DNA from: Pristiophorus japonicus
Lineage: Eukaryota
NCBI RefSeq assembly: GCF_044704955.1
Contig: NC_091998.1
Location: forward strand, 58,900,001-58,964,000
DNA length: 64,000 nucleotides
Reading direction: 5' to 3'
Shown: positions 33,421 to 47,075 of the stretch, piece after piece
Layout of the letters: each line of letters opens with the position of its first letter
Numbering within the stretch: the first letter of the stretch is position 1
Made by a program: the position numbers and the translations under genes
Notes under the pieces: generated by a model
Told to the model about the DNA's origin: nothing
Seen by the model: only the letters and a program-made list of their open reading frames with translations
Database searches by the model: none

Positions 33421-34665
33421 CTATTTATATAGCGCCTTTAACATAGTGAAACGTCCCAAGGTGCTTCACAGGAGAATTATGAGATTTTTAACAATTTGAC
33501 ACTGGGCCACATATGTATAAATTAGCTCAGGTAACCAAAAGCTTGGACAAAGAGGTAGGTTTTAAGGAGCATCTTGAAGGAGGAAAGAGAGGCGGAGAAG
33601 TTTAGCCAGGGAGTTTCAGAGCTTAAGGTCTAAGCAATAGAAGACTCGGCCACCAATAGTTGAGCGATTATGATCAGGGATGCTCAAGAGGTCAGAATTA
33701 GAGGAGCACAGACATCTCAGGGGTTGTGGGGCTGGAGGAGATTACAGAGATAAGAGAGTAGATAGGCTATAAAAGGATTTGAAAATAAAGTTGAACATTT
33801 TCAAATCCAGGCATTGCTTAACTGGAAGCCAATGTAGATCAGCAAGTACAGGGTTGATGGGCGAGTGGGACTTGGTGCGAGTTAGAATGAGTTTTGGATC
33901 ACTCTATTTTACCGTAGGGGAGAATGTGGGAGGCCAGCCAGTAGTGGGTTGCAATAGTCAAGTCTAGAGGTAACAAAGGCATGGATGAGGGCTTCAGCAG
34001 TGGAGGAGCTGAGGTAGAGGAAGAGATGAGTGATGTTACGGAAGTGGAAATAGGCGGTCTTCGTTATGCTGCAGATACGTGGTCGAGAGCTCATTTCAGG
34101 GTCAAAGATGACACCAAGGTTGTGAACAGTCTGGTTCAGCCTCAGACAGAAGTTGGGGAGAGGCATGGAGTCAATGGCTGAGGAACGGAGTTTGTGCCTG
34201 GGACTGAAAACAATGGCTTCAGTCTTCCCAATATTCAATTGAAGAAAGTTCTGCTCATCCAGAACTGGATCTTGGACAAGCAGTCTAACATTTTGGAGAC
34301 TGTGGAGGGGTCGAGAGAAGTGTTGGTGAGGTAGAGCTGGGTGTCATCAGCGTACTTGTGGAAACTGACGCTGTGTTTTCGGATGATGTCGCCAAGAGGC
34401 AGCATGTCGATGAGAAATAGGAGGGGGCCAAGGATAGATCCTTGGGGGACACCAGAGGTAACGATGTGGGGGAGGGAAGAGAAGCCATGGCAGGTGATTC
34501 TCTGGCTACGATTAGATAGATTAGAACGGAACCAAACGAGTGCAGTTCCACCCAGCTGGACGGTGGTGGAGAGGCATTGGAGAAGATGGAATGGTCAACC
34601 GTGTCAAAGGCTGCAGACAGGTCAAGAAGGATGAGGAGGGATAGTTTGCCTTTGTCACAGTCACA
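33421..34665 (-). mobile_element. L2-clade LINE 3' fragment (duplicate at 51592-52835)
   Basis: Minus-strand GVPQGSILGP, YADDTQLY and IHAFVTSRLDYCN. Its (GTT)n tail is stranded at 28807-28824 on the other side of the RTE insertion. Confidence 0.85.
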
Positions 34666-37600
34666 GTCTTGCTGGTATTATTGAGTTATCTTAGCCCAGC
34701 CTTTTTAATGACTGATAGTTTCTGGGAAATAAAATGTTTGATTTTATTTTTATCTATTGAAAACGCCCAAGTTCCCGCTCACTCCTCCCTTCCAGCCCTG
34801 ACCTCATTCCTGCTACTTCAGGCGAGAGACAAATTTGAAAATTTAAATGAAGCCTCCCTCCTCACCATCAGAATATTTTCCAATTACGGTTGTTGGAGTG
34901 TTAGTCTCTTTTTCGGGAGACTTAACAGCAAACTGCTTGCCAGTGAAATCTCGGGGTTGATTTTAACTCGGGCGGGATGAGGGGAGCCCGGAGCGGGCGG
35001 TGCACCTATACATCATGAAGGAAGTGAGGCCTGACTGATTTTAACCCCTCCCACACACTGTTCCTGCGCAGCGGGGTGGGGTTAACATCGACCCCCCCCC
35101 CCCCCCCCACATGTTTTGTGCCATTCATTTCAACTTTAGCTTTGCCCGATGGCTCAGTTGATAAAGGCAACATGAAGCTGAGCTTTACAGACCAGAGTGG
35201 TCTGAGGATTGAGCCCCAGTTTGTGCTGGGTTAGTTGATCCCACTAGGGGTAGCAGCAGGGATGTTATGATTGGCCTAACGGCCTCTGGATTAGGGAGGG
35301 TTCCCATTCCCATTCACTGTCCAGCAATCCTTGCTGGGAAGGGTGGGTGTGTTGATGTTTGAGGAGGACAGGATCCGACTCGCCTGCTTACTGTCTGGGA
35401 TCACACATGAGACCACTGGGGCAAGATATCTGAGGGCAGATACTGTACCTCAGCAAGAGTCGATGCCGTCAAGAGGGAAGGAAAGGGGAGAATTGATTTA
35501 AAAATGTAAACCCCACAAAGTTGTTGGGGATAATTTTCTGGCAATGTGTTCCTAGCTCGAGACTCACCAACAGGGGATCAAATATTGGACGTTTGTGCGC
35601 GAACTTCATGATTTACCGACTATTTACATTAATGATTTGTTAATCAAGCACAGTGCGTCCCATGATTTTTGATGTAACCATTTTACTTATTTTCATAATT
35701 TGCAGACTTTTCATCATTTCATGTTGTGGTAAACCTCTCGTGTTACACTTTGCGGAGACTAGTGGCAAAGGAATTGAAACTTTCCATTAAGAAAGCAGCA
35801 TGAGTCATTGTTTTATGGGAGATAGGGCTCAGGTAGGTGAAACAACGGCAGCAGTTAGGCCATGAACTCTTTCACCGCCATTGGTCCCAATTTTAACTCG
35901 GGCAGGAATTGGGTGCTTGAGGCAAATGGCAAACCCATTTGAACTCATAGCCTTACCTACGAGCAGGGTTAAAATCGCCCTGACGTGTATCCGGGGTGGG
36001 GCAAGCCTAGATATTATCTGTGTGTGTAATAAAAACAGAAAATGCTGCAAATATCCAGCAGCTCTTCCGGAACCTGTTCTGAGAAAGGCTAGGTTCATGC
36101 GTCCATTGTTCAGCAGAACATGGTCGCCTCGCGTAGCATTAACTTGGCTTTTCTCATCATCGATTGCGATCGACCTGCTGTGTATTTCAGGCATTATTGT
36201 TTCCAGTATTCCTTCTGTTTCTCATTTTAGAGATGGGTGCCACACAATTCCTCAGGAATTTACTCAGTAGGCGACTGTTGGAACCCTCATAGAATAGGGC
36301 TAGACCTGGTTACATAGGATTAGCGGGAGGCCATTCAGCCCCTCGAATCTGCTCCGCCATTCACTTCAATCATGGCTGATCTGCACCTCACCTCCATTTC
36401 CCTTTCCTCCATATCCCTTGATTCCCATACCTAACAACAATCTCCCGATCTCAGCCTTGAAAGCTTCAATTAACATCCACAGCCTTTTGGGGGAAGAGAG
36501 GTCCAGATTTCTACTATTCTTTGAAAAAGTGCTTCCCGATTTCCCTCTAATTTAGTTATAATGTTGAGGTTGTGCCTCCTTGTTCAGGACTCGCCTGCCA
36601 GAGGAAATAGTTATCTACCCTATCAACCCCTTTAATAATAAACACCTCGATCAGATCACTTCCTCTATACTCAAGGGAATACAAGCCAGAGGTATGAAAC
36701 TTGTCCTCAGAATGGAACCCTCTCAGCCTCGGGATCATTCTGGTGAATCTGCGTGGGGTCTTTGCCATTCTGGCCATTTGAATTCCCGTCACATGGGCGG
36801 TCGGCTGCCAAAGATACGACCAAAATGGCAACCTGACCAACAAACTCCAGGGGTGTCACCAATGGCAAGCCCAACAGGAGCAGGTCCGGCTCTAACACAT
36901 TCGCACCTAGTGCGAGAAAATGAAACACCTTTAACATCAGGCACTCCCACGATAGGTACGGAACAGGTTAGATACAGAGTAATGCTCCCTCTACACTGTC
37001 CCATCAAATGCTCCCAGGACAGGTACAGCACGGGGTTAGATACAGAGTAATGCTCCCTCTACACTGTCCCATCTAACACTTTCAGGGCAGGTACAGCACG
37101 GGGTTAGGTACAGAGTAAAGCTCCCTCTACACTGTCCCATTAAACACTCCCAGGGCAGGTGCAGCACGAGATTAGATACAGAGTAAAGCTCCCTCTACAC
37201 TGATCTGTCAATGTACGTCCGACCAAACTCTGAGAACATCGCTCACTGCCCAATAGAACATTGTTCCATTCCCCATACCTCTCGTCCTGTCGCCCATCTG
37301 AGTGAGACTCAGTAAGAAGTTAGGCAATAGCAGCCCATTAGAAACTGGGTTGAGGCCTCATGTAACAAATAGTTTCACTCCATCAGTTTTAGGTGCATTT
37401 GAAGGGGAATTTGTTTTTATTCCTATCATCCAGTCTGTACAGAGTAAATGATCTGGTGCTCAGCACAATTCAGGAGCAGGCAGCAGACATTTCCCCACAG
37501 CAAGATTTTCTATCCATTCATTTTAATGAACAGAAAATCATTTGATGTACATGTGCAATTTCACAATTATGTGCTCTCGTCCTGTGACTAGAACTTAGAA

Positions 37601-39192
37601 GCGGAATTCTTACCCTGATAACTGACTTCCTTCAGTGTGACTCCAAATGGTGGAAGGTCAGTCTCTATCCCACTGCACCACCAATGGGCCATCCTCCAAT
37701 CAGATCAGCTGGCAGACTATGTACTCCTTAAATTAAATGCCTCAAGGTATACACGGTGAAACACAGAAACTTCGGCGTGCACTCCAGTGCTGAGGGAGCG
37801 CTGCATTGTTGGAGGTGACGTCTTTCGGATGAGATGTCAAAAAGTCTACTCTCTCAGGTTGACGTAACAGGCGCTATGGCACTATTTCTAAAAAGAGCAG
37901 GGGATTTAACCCCAGTGTCCTGGCCAATATTTATCCCTCAATCAACATCACTAAAACAAATTATCTGGTCATTATCACATTGCTGTTTGTGGAAGTTTGC
38001 TGTGTGCAAAAATTGGCCGCATTTCCAACATTACAACAGTGACTACACTTCAAAAAGTAAAGCGCATTGGTACCTCCGTGGTCGTGAAAGGCGCTATAGA
38101 AATGCAAGTCTTTCTTTATAAAAGGGTAGGAGTGTCTGGGAGTACTTTCACACCATGGGTCTGTGTACATTTACACAGATTGAGGATGAAATTGCACATG
38201 GGCGGTGTCTCACCGGTCTCCCGTTAAACCCTGGGCCCGATGGTCAGTTCCACTGACTTCATCAGAATTGAAATAAAAACAGTGAATGCTGGAAATCTCA
38301 GCGGGTCAGTAGAATTGAATATCAGATGCAACGGTCGGCAAATGCGATTCTGTCTGTTTTACGTCCCCCCACCACACACCCCATGTGCATCCCCCATCCC
38401 ATAATAACCTCATGTGGTCCAACTGATCACACGTACTGTGGACGAGCGGGACGAGCGGGACGAGCTGGGGAAGTTTATTGTGAGTGCTGTCACTGAGCTC
38501 AGTGAACGGACATGCTTCCTGGAAACTTTCTCTCAGGGCAAGTGTGATCTGTATTGTTCACTCGTCTGTAACCTCTGCAGAAAGGTGCTGGCCGCTGCAA
38601 TCCGGGGCGGGGAGGCGATACCGAGCTGTGTACTATTGGGTTACCCCGAAACATTGAATGGGTGAGGACACATTGCACTTTTAAATGTGGCATTCCAGCT
38701 GTTTGAAAGACCGGATACATTTCCGGCTTTTGCAACCCTGAAACTGCCTCAGAGAATGTCGCCTGACACAATAAACTTGGCTCAATAGACCAGCCACTCC
38801 TTCTCTTAGCTTGGATATTTGTTTTTTTATGTCAGCTCAGTGGGCAGCACAGTCGCCTCTGAGTTGTGGGTTCAAGCCCCACTCCAGAAACTTGAGCACA
38901 TAAATCTAGGCTGACATTGCAGTGCAGTGCTGAGGGAGCTCTGCACTGTCGGAGGTGCCACCTTTTGGATGAGACATTAAACCGAGAGCCCTCTGCTCTC
39001 AGGTGGATGTAACAGATCCCATGGCATTATTTGGAAGAACAGTAGAGGAGTTATTCCCAGTGTTCTGGCCAATATTTATCACTCTGTTTGCTGTTTGTGG
39101 GAGCTTGCTGTGCGCAAATTGGCTGCTGCCTTTCCCACATTACAACAGTCACTACACTCCAAATGTACTTTGTTGGCTGTAAAACACTTTGA

Positions 39193-41030
39193 GACATAGA
39201 AACATAGAAAATAGGTGCAGGAGTAGGCTATTCGGCTCTCGAGCCTGCACCGCCATTCAATAAGATCATGGTTGAACATTCCTTCAGTACCCCTTTCCTG
39301 CTTTCTCTCCATACCCCTTGATCCCCTTAACCGTAAGGACCATATCTAACTCCCTCTTGAATATATCCAATGAACTGACATCAACAACTCTCTGCGGCAG
39401 GGAATTCCACAGGTCAACGCTCTATCAGTGAAGAAGCTTCTCCTCATCTCAGTCCTAAATGGCCTATCCCTTATCCTAAGACTATGTCCCCTGGTTCTGG
39501 ACTTCCCCAACATCAAGAACGTTCTTCCTGCATCTATCAGAATCTTATATGTTTCTATGAGATCCTCTCTCATCCTTCTAAACACCAGTGAATAAAGGCC
39601 CAGTTGATCCAGTCTCTCCTCATATGACAGCCCAGCCATCCCTGGAATCAGTCTGGTGAACCTTCGCTGCACTCCCTCAATAGCAAGAACATCCTTCCTC
39701 AGACTAGGAGACCAAAACTGAACACAATATTCCAGGTGAGGCCTCACTAAGGCCCTGTACAACTGCAGTAAGACCTCCCTGCTCCTATATTCAAATCCCC
39801 TAGCTATGAAGGCTAACATACCATTTGCCTTCTTTACCGCCTGCTGTAACTGCGTGCCCACTTTCAGTGACTGATGAACCGTGACACCCAGGTCTCGTTG
39901 CACCTCCCCTTTTTCTAGTCTGCCGCCATTCAAATAATATTCTGCCTTTGTGTTTTTGCCCCCAAAATGGATAACCCCACATTTATCCACATTATACTGC
40001 ATCTGCCATGTATTTGCCCACTCACCTAATCTGTCCAAGTCACCCTGCATACTCTTAGTGTCCTCCTCACAGCTCACACTGCCACCAAGTTTAGTGTCAT
40101 CTGCAAACTTGGAGATATTACACTCTATTCCTTCATCCAAATCGTGAATGTATATTGTAAAGAGCTGGGATCCCAGCACTGAGCCGTGCGGCACCCAACT
40201 AGTAACTGCCTGCCATTCTGAAAAGGACCCGTTTATCCCGACTCTCTGCTTCCTGTCTGCCAACCAGTTCTCTATCCACGTCAGTACATTACCCCCAATA
40301 CCACGCGCTTTGATTTTGTACACCAATCTCTTATGCAGGACCTTGTCAAAAGCCTTTTGAAAGTCCAAATACACCACATCCACTGGTTATCCCTTGTCCA
40401 CTCTACTAGTTACATCCTCAAAAAATTCCAGAAGATTCGTCAAGCATGATTTCCCTTTCATAAATTCATGCTGACTTGGTCCGATCCTGTCACTGCTTTC
40501 CAAATGGGCTACTATTTGATCCTTAATGATTGATTCCAACATTTTCCCCACTACTGATGTCAGGCTACCCAGTCTATAATTACCCGCTTTCTCTCTCCCT
40601 CCTTTCTTAAAAAGTGGCGTCACATTAGCTACCCTCCCATCCATAGGAACTAATCCAGAGTCGATAGATTGTTGGAAAATGATCACCATTGCATCCACTA
40701 TTTCTAGGGCCACTTCCTTAAGTACTCTGGGATGCAGACTATCAGGACCCGAGATTTATCGGCCTTTAATCCCATCAATTTCCCTAACACAATTTCCCGC
40801 CTAATAAGGATATCTTTCAGTTCCTCATTCTCACTAGACCCACTGTCCGCTAGTACATTCGGAAGGTTATTTGTATCTTCCTTTATGAAGACAGAACCGA
40901 TGTATTGGTTCAATTGGTCTGGCATTTCTTTGTTCCCCATTATAAATTCACCTGAATCCGACTGCAAGGGACCTACATTTGTCTTTACTAATCTTTTTCT
41001 CCTCACATATTTATAGAAGCTTTTGCAGTC
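39193..41030 (-). mobile_element. 5'-truncated CR1 upstream of il1b copy 2
   Basis: Duplicate of 20948-22800 with an 18-bp deletion; contains a 345-aa open RT stretch. Confidence 0.92.
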
Positions 41031-41504
41031 AGATCCTCCCCCCTCCCCCCCACCCCCCCCCCCACCCCACCCCGCCTCCCTCCACCTTATGGCCCACCAA
41101 TCCTACCTTGGGCAATACACTGGCATCCCCAGCACAGACTGATTCTTTGATTTGCAGCCTCTGGTACTGAGACTGTCTGAATTGAGAAGCACAGCGAAAT
41201 ACTGCAGCTTGCTGGAAATCTGAAAACGCAAAGTGCGCCTGCTCGCCAGGTCAAGCAGCATGAGGGGGGAAACCCTGCCCAGGCTGCAGCAGGGGTATTG
41301 GAGGGACGGAAAATTACAGCTACAGTGTGTGATGTGGCTGAGGTTCTGGGCCTCAGTATCATTACACTCAGAGGGTAAAATGCTGCCTGGATACCCTCAA
41401 CACAGAACAAGTGTGGCCTTTACTTGTTAAACCTTATGGGGCTTAGCAGGCAGTGAAATGCTTTTGCTTTTCAAACTTTGAATGGGTACCAGTGGCGAGA
41501 GGGT

Positions 41505-41665
41505 TAATTTCGGGAATATCCACACGCTGAGGAACTTCTAAAGACATTTCTGAAATAATGCACTACGCAATCAAAAAAATTCCATCCAGGGGAGACCCGC
41601 CCTGAGGGAGGAGCATGTGGAGGGCGCTGTGTATAAGACACGGGCTGAAGGCTGTTTATCAGCAC
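41505..41665 (+). promoter_or_regulatory. Proximal promoter of il1b copy 2
   Basis: TATAAGA at 41632-41638 with the same upstream motifs as copy 1. Confidence 0.65.
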
Positions 41666-41756
41666 AGCTACACAGTAATCCTGACAATCTTGAGCACACC
41701 GCCAGATATAACCTCAAACAACTGAGAGCGTCAAATCTACCGCGAAGACACGAGGC

Positions 41757-44700
41757 ATGAAGACTGAGGTTGGACCCGTGACCATTCCAATGGTTGATAG
41801 TGAATCTCGAAGGTAAGATTTTGTTTAGTGTTTAATCCCAAACTGAGCGTTGCCAGTCGCTCTCTACCTCTGAATCCTGCCCATGTTTGCAGCAACTAAA
41901 TGATGCTCGCTCTATCCGCAGAACCTTCAGTCACCGCCGCCGCAGGAATTCTCGCCTGACTTCTCCGGTCTCCTGCCCCCAGCTCAAGGTAAGAATCTTT
42001 CACTGGCATTGTATCAACCTGATATTGGTGTGTGGGGGCATGGGAGGGGGGACATGCATTTTGTTACAGTTACAGTAAGCTTGAGTTGGTAAATATTACA
42101 ATGCTCTGAGCGAGCAGAATTCACAATGCAAATTGAACCCTCTTTGGAAATATTTTCTAAGTGCAGAGATTAAATTCCCAGGCCCCACCCCACACTCCAG
42201 CCCACCAATCCGGGCTGCGAGAGTTTCCTCTGTCTCAGCCCTCACAGAACCAGAGACATTTACAGCACGGAGCGAGACCATTTGGCCCATCGAATCCGCG
42301 CCGGCCGACCAAGAGCAACCCAGCTTAATCCCACTTTCCAGCTCTCGGTCCGTAGCCCTGCAGGTTACGGCACTTCACGTGCACATCCAAGTATTTTTTA
42401 AATGTGGTGAGGGTTTCTGCCTCTACCACCCTTTCAGGCAATGAATTTCAGACCCCCACTACCCTCTGGGTGAAGACATTTCCCCTCAAATCCCCTTTAA
42501 ACCTGCTACCAGTCACTGTAAAGCTATGCACCCTGGTTATTATCCCCTCTGCTAAGGAAACAGGTTCTTCCTATCCACTCTATTTAGGCCCCTCATAATT
42601 TTACACACCTCAATTAGGTCTCCCCTCAGCCTCCTCTGCTCCAAAGAAAACATACCCAACCTATCCAATCTTCCCTCACAGCTAAAATTCTCCGTCATGT
42701 GCTCCAACTTGCCAGCCACAGGGTATCAGTGTGTGGTGCCTGCAGCGGTTGGGAGGTTCTGTTTCTGCACCAATTGCAGTAATTCCAGGCAATCCCCTGA
42801 GTGTATCCTGGGCGCAGCTTCTTGTCCATGGTGTTACAGAGACATCGCATTCCTTCATCTCAACTCCCACTAAACATGCCTGGGACCCTTGGCATTTCTG
42901 GGGGGGCTGGAGGCTGGGGCAAAAAAAGCACATCACCCGCCAACGAGACTGGACTCACTGAATCTAACTGTTTGCTCATTTTGCAGAGCCTATTTCAAGA
43001 GACCTTACCAAAAGTGATGGAGACGAGCACGGCCAATCACCGAGCAGACGGAGAGAGCTATCAGCTAGAAATCACCGGGACATCCTCGTCCATAACCACG
43101 GCCGGCAATGCAGTACTCTCGCTGGAAAAGGCTGTCATGTTGGTCCTGGCTGTTGAAAAATTCAAGAAGGGGTTGGGGCGGCCGTCGAGCAATGGCTGGG
43201 GACACAAGGGCACTTCCTTCAAGGGCAGCGAGCTGCTCGGGAGCTTCAATGCGCTGGTGGAAGGTAAGAAGCGTTTCCTTCCAGTGTTGTCATTGGTGCC
43301 ATGGCCAACTGTGTGAGCAGTGTGGCACCCGGCATCATGGCTGCTGGCTGCTGTGTCAGTGCTTCTGTTGCTGCTCCCTCATTGTTGCTGGCTCAATATA
43401 GTGGCATTGCCCACAGCAGCTGTGGCATTCCCATTGGCGTAAGGATTTGACAAGACAGCCTGGCACCCGGGTAACCCGGGCTGGCCAAGAACTGCAGCCT
43501 TGCCAGCGCTGCCCAGAGACATATTACACTTCCAGATTGATTTTTTTTCTGATCAATCTCCGTTAATTTGCTGCGGTGAATAACTGCTTTCGATTTGTGC
43601 CAACAGAAGCCATTACCTGCATCAGCTATGACGACACTGAACAGGCGAACAGCTCCTACAGGTTCATGCGGAGTGAGCGCACGCAGGTGAAGGACGAGCA
43701 AGACAAGTCTCTGATGCTGTCGGACAACCTCCAGCTCGTCGCCCTGTTCTTGCAGGAGCCGAAGGACGAAGGTGGGTCACCTCAGCCCTTGCTCTTTTCT
43801 GGAACACTTCAAACAAGGAAAAGTTGGCCAAAGTATTTCAATCTTCCTGTTCGGAAGAAGAATTCTCTCCCGGTCACTGTCGCTCTTCCTTGCCCCGCCT
43901 CTATTCTCTCCCCGCCTCTCCTGACTCCCTGCACAGAGGCTGACTCTTGGCTGGGATATATTTCTACAGGAGTCACTCTCCCCCCCCCCCCCAGTACCTC
44001 ACCAACTTGGCCATTCTTACTGTGAGGCCAAAGTGTTGTCAGGCTATTCAGCCATGGGGGAGGCGCATCATAGCCCAGCCCGACTGATGTATATCCCCAG
44101 GATCACTAGATCAGGACCAGGAGCAGGGACCCTGGCCATTTCATCTGCTCCCTGGCGGAGTGTTGCTGAGGCCAATTGTAATGCACCAGTGCCTGCCTTG
44201 GTTAACTTGAACCTGACGACCATCCAGCCTGAATGGCTCAATTCCATTCCAGATGGTGCATTTATCCAGTAATAACTGGGGAGCTGCACTTTTAGTAATC
44301 TTGGTCTTAATATATTCTGACGACAGTACTAACATGTTCCCTCTTTAACTTACAGTAACACTGGATGTGAGGTACTACAAGACCGCTGTGAGCACAGAGA
44401 ATGATTTGCCTGTTGTTCTGGGAATCAACAGGCGGAATCTGTTCCTCTCTTGCACGGGATCACATGACAGACCCAGGATGCAGGTGGAGGTAAGGGATTG
44501 CACAGTTACCTGACAAATATCACGTCATTGCTACCTGGAGGCTCGGCCTCTTCTGCCAGCCTGCCTGTGTTCATTCTCTACAACTTACATGTGTCAGAGG
44601 ATTCAGTCCATGTTTTGCAACCTTCCCTTCACTCTGGCTGTGATGCCCCATGTCCACAATCTGACCAATTTCAACACTGGTTCTGCAGCTTCAGGGAAAC

Positions 44701-45547
44701 CCCCTGCCCATATCTTACAGTCCATCTCCCCTCCTCCTGAAGGTGCTGCCTCTCTCTGCGACACTGGTTCCATGGGTGCTGGCCACCCTCCACTCACTCG
44801 CCCATGGAGCCAATCCTCAGATAGTGTATCAGAAAGCTATTTAACCTGAGGGTGCAGCCCCATAGCCCAATCCTAGCCTGGCCTGACCTGATACCCAAAC
44901 ATGTACAATCTCCAGCAGGGATCGCTGCACAGTGATCAGGAGCTGGAACCCTGGCATTTTTCCCCCACCCTATCCCAGGAATGCTCTGTCCTCTCTCCCC
45001 TTCCTGGCCAAGGTCAGCTGGCTTAGAATAGTCCCGGGATCAAGGGCAATCACCCTGTGCATTTGCAGACAGTCAGCTGACGCGGAGTCTGGGCGGAGCC
45101 CTAATATCAGGGTAGCAGCCCCGCCAGGCACAGGAGCTGAATTCCCCAAGAAGGGAATGGGACGGGAAAGGGATGGGCGGCATTAGGTCTGCCGACTCAG
45201 AACCTCCCACCAACATCAAGAAACCAGCCCCGTGCACGCCAACATATCCTGAAATAAAGACCCCTGCAGCTTTTTCAGCTGAAATATAAATGTATTTCAA
45301 TGTGTTCCAACCGATGATGTTTCTATTTGCACAGAAATGGGACAAGACTCTGCAGAATATCAGCAGTGCTACCGACCTGCTCCGCTTCGTGTTCTATAAG
45401 AAGGATTCGAGTTCTGGCGAGGACTTTGAGTTTGAATCGGCGATGTACCGGGGCTGGTACATCAGCACGTCCAGAAAGAGCAAACAGCCTGTGGACATGG
45501 ACCGGAAGGAGCACCGCAAGAGAATCACAATCTTCACAGCGGAGTGA
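41757..45547 (+). CDS. il1b: Interleukin-1 beta-like precursor, copy 2; join(41757..41812,41922..41988,42987..43263,43607..43771,44356..44489,45335..45547), 303 aa
   Basis: Same exon sizes and splice sites as copy 1. It differs by ATT>GTT (I5V) and a synonymous TAC>TAT in exon 3. No stops or frameshifts seen. Confidence 0.93.
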
Positions 45548-45921
45548 GACCATCCCGAGCTCTCCGCAGTTCACAACACAAACCAGGAGTAGTTGGTTTC
45601 GGGAGAGCGTGTGTATGTACTAAGTACAGAATTCGCAATCCATTGAATTACAATCATTTTGGTCATATTGGACTGAAAAGATTGATGTTGGAATATGTTG
45701 GTGAAACACAGGTAGCAATATTTGTTACTGCTTGACTTGTATATTATTTGCATTTAAACTTTAGTGAAACGAAGGTGTCGTATTTTTGGATCGTGAGGAC
45801 TAATGATTGTATAAGTTATTCAATATTATTATTTATTATTTAAATTATTGATCCATTTATTGCTATACTGGAAGAGAAAGCTTCTTCCTTGGTTGATTAA
45901 ATTTTGAGTTTTCTTTCAAAC
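45548..45921 (+). terminator. il1b copy 2 3'UTR with AU-rich elements and polyadenylation signal
   Basis: Same ATTTA cluster as copy 1; ATTAAA at 45896-45901. Confidence 0.7.
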
Positions 45922-47075
45922 ACATTAGTTTCCTTTTTCATTTTCACACATTTCCTTAAAAATGTTGTTTGGGGTAAAAAAAAATGAAGCACGCACCATT
46001 GCTGCAGTAGGAAAAGCTCTTCCATTCCCAACTGATTCTTTGCAATCTCCACAGTCTCGCGTTTGCTCACTTTTCTCACCCTCTGTTGGGCAGCTCCAGA
46101 ATGTTTGTTATTACATTCTCTCCTGAAGAAAGAAAGACTTCCATTTCTATCGTCGCTTCCACCAGCTCAGGACGTCCCAAAGCCCTTCGCAGTCAATGAA
46201 CCATTGTAATGTGGGAAACACAGCAGCCAAATTCCGCACAGCAAGCTCCAAAAACAGCAGTGCAGATAATGAGCAGATAATCTGATAGTTAGTGATGTTG
46301 ATTGAGGGATAAATAATGGCCAGGACACCAGGAAAGCTCCCCCTGCTTTTCTTCAAATGGCACCGTGGGACCTTTTCTATGCACCTGAGAGGTGGGCCTT
46401 CACTTTAACCTCTCATTCAAAAGACGGCCCCTCCGGCAGTGCAGCACTGGGTGTCAGCCTGGATTGTATGCTGAAGTCTCCGGACTGGAGCTCCGGGACT
46501 GAGACGAGAGTGCTGCCACTGAGCCAAGGCTGACACTCGGCAGTATTGGGGGAGGTGCTGCATTCTTGGTCAGGTGCAGTTTCACAGGCGCTGACCATAT
46601 TTCTCTATCTCAACTAAGTGACCATTCTTTGTGTATGTATACCAACAGTGTGGGGGTTGTTTCAGCTAAACGATAAAACCAGGCTCTAAATGGGTGAAAC
46701 GCTAATAATAAATGGGTGACAATTTTGGTCCTAATTGCTGATGGCCATAATTGGAACTTATGCCTGATTACCATAATTGGAGGCGCTAAACCAGAAACCG
46801 TCAGGTTTAGCACAAGTGCTGATTAGACTCAATTTTAGTGAAGCAGTATATGTGGGCTCCTCGCACCCAATTCCACGGAAGATGAGGCGTGCGCTGACTG
46901 GCACACAGTGACACGTTGCAGGATGGCTTGGACTGAGGGAGGGGGCACGCAGGTTTGTAAGAAATCTTTAAACCCAAAAAAATTGCAAGTTATAAAAGGG
47001 ATAATAATTCTGCAAAGAGTAGTCTGCCAACTCAACAGATGAGGGCTCAACAACAACAACAAATTCTATTTATAT

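Larger units (their letters stand above)
28258..46498 (+). repeat. Tandem segmental duplication unit 2 (~18.24 kb)
   Basis: The ORF track and the sequence recur with an offset of ~18235-18246 from unit 1. Confidence 0.95.

Noticed and set aside
39346-40383. 345-aa RT ORF (also 57519-58556) as a domesticated or active retroelement
   Set aside because: It is part of a 5'-truncated CR1 with an upstream stop, an 18-bp deletion and a frameshifted C-terminus. The same region is interrupted in copy 1.
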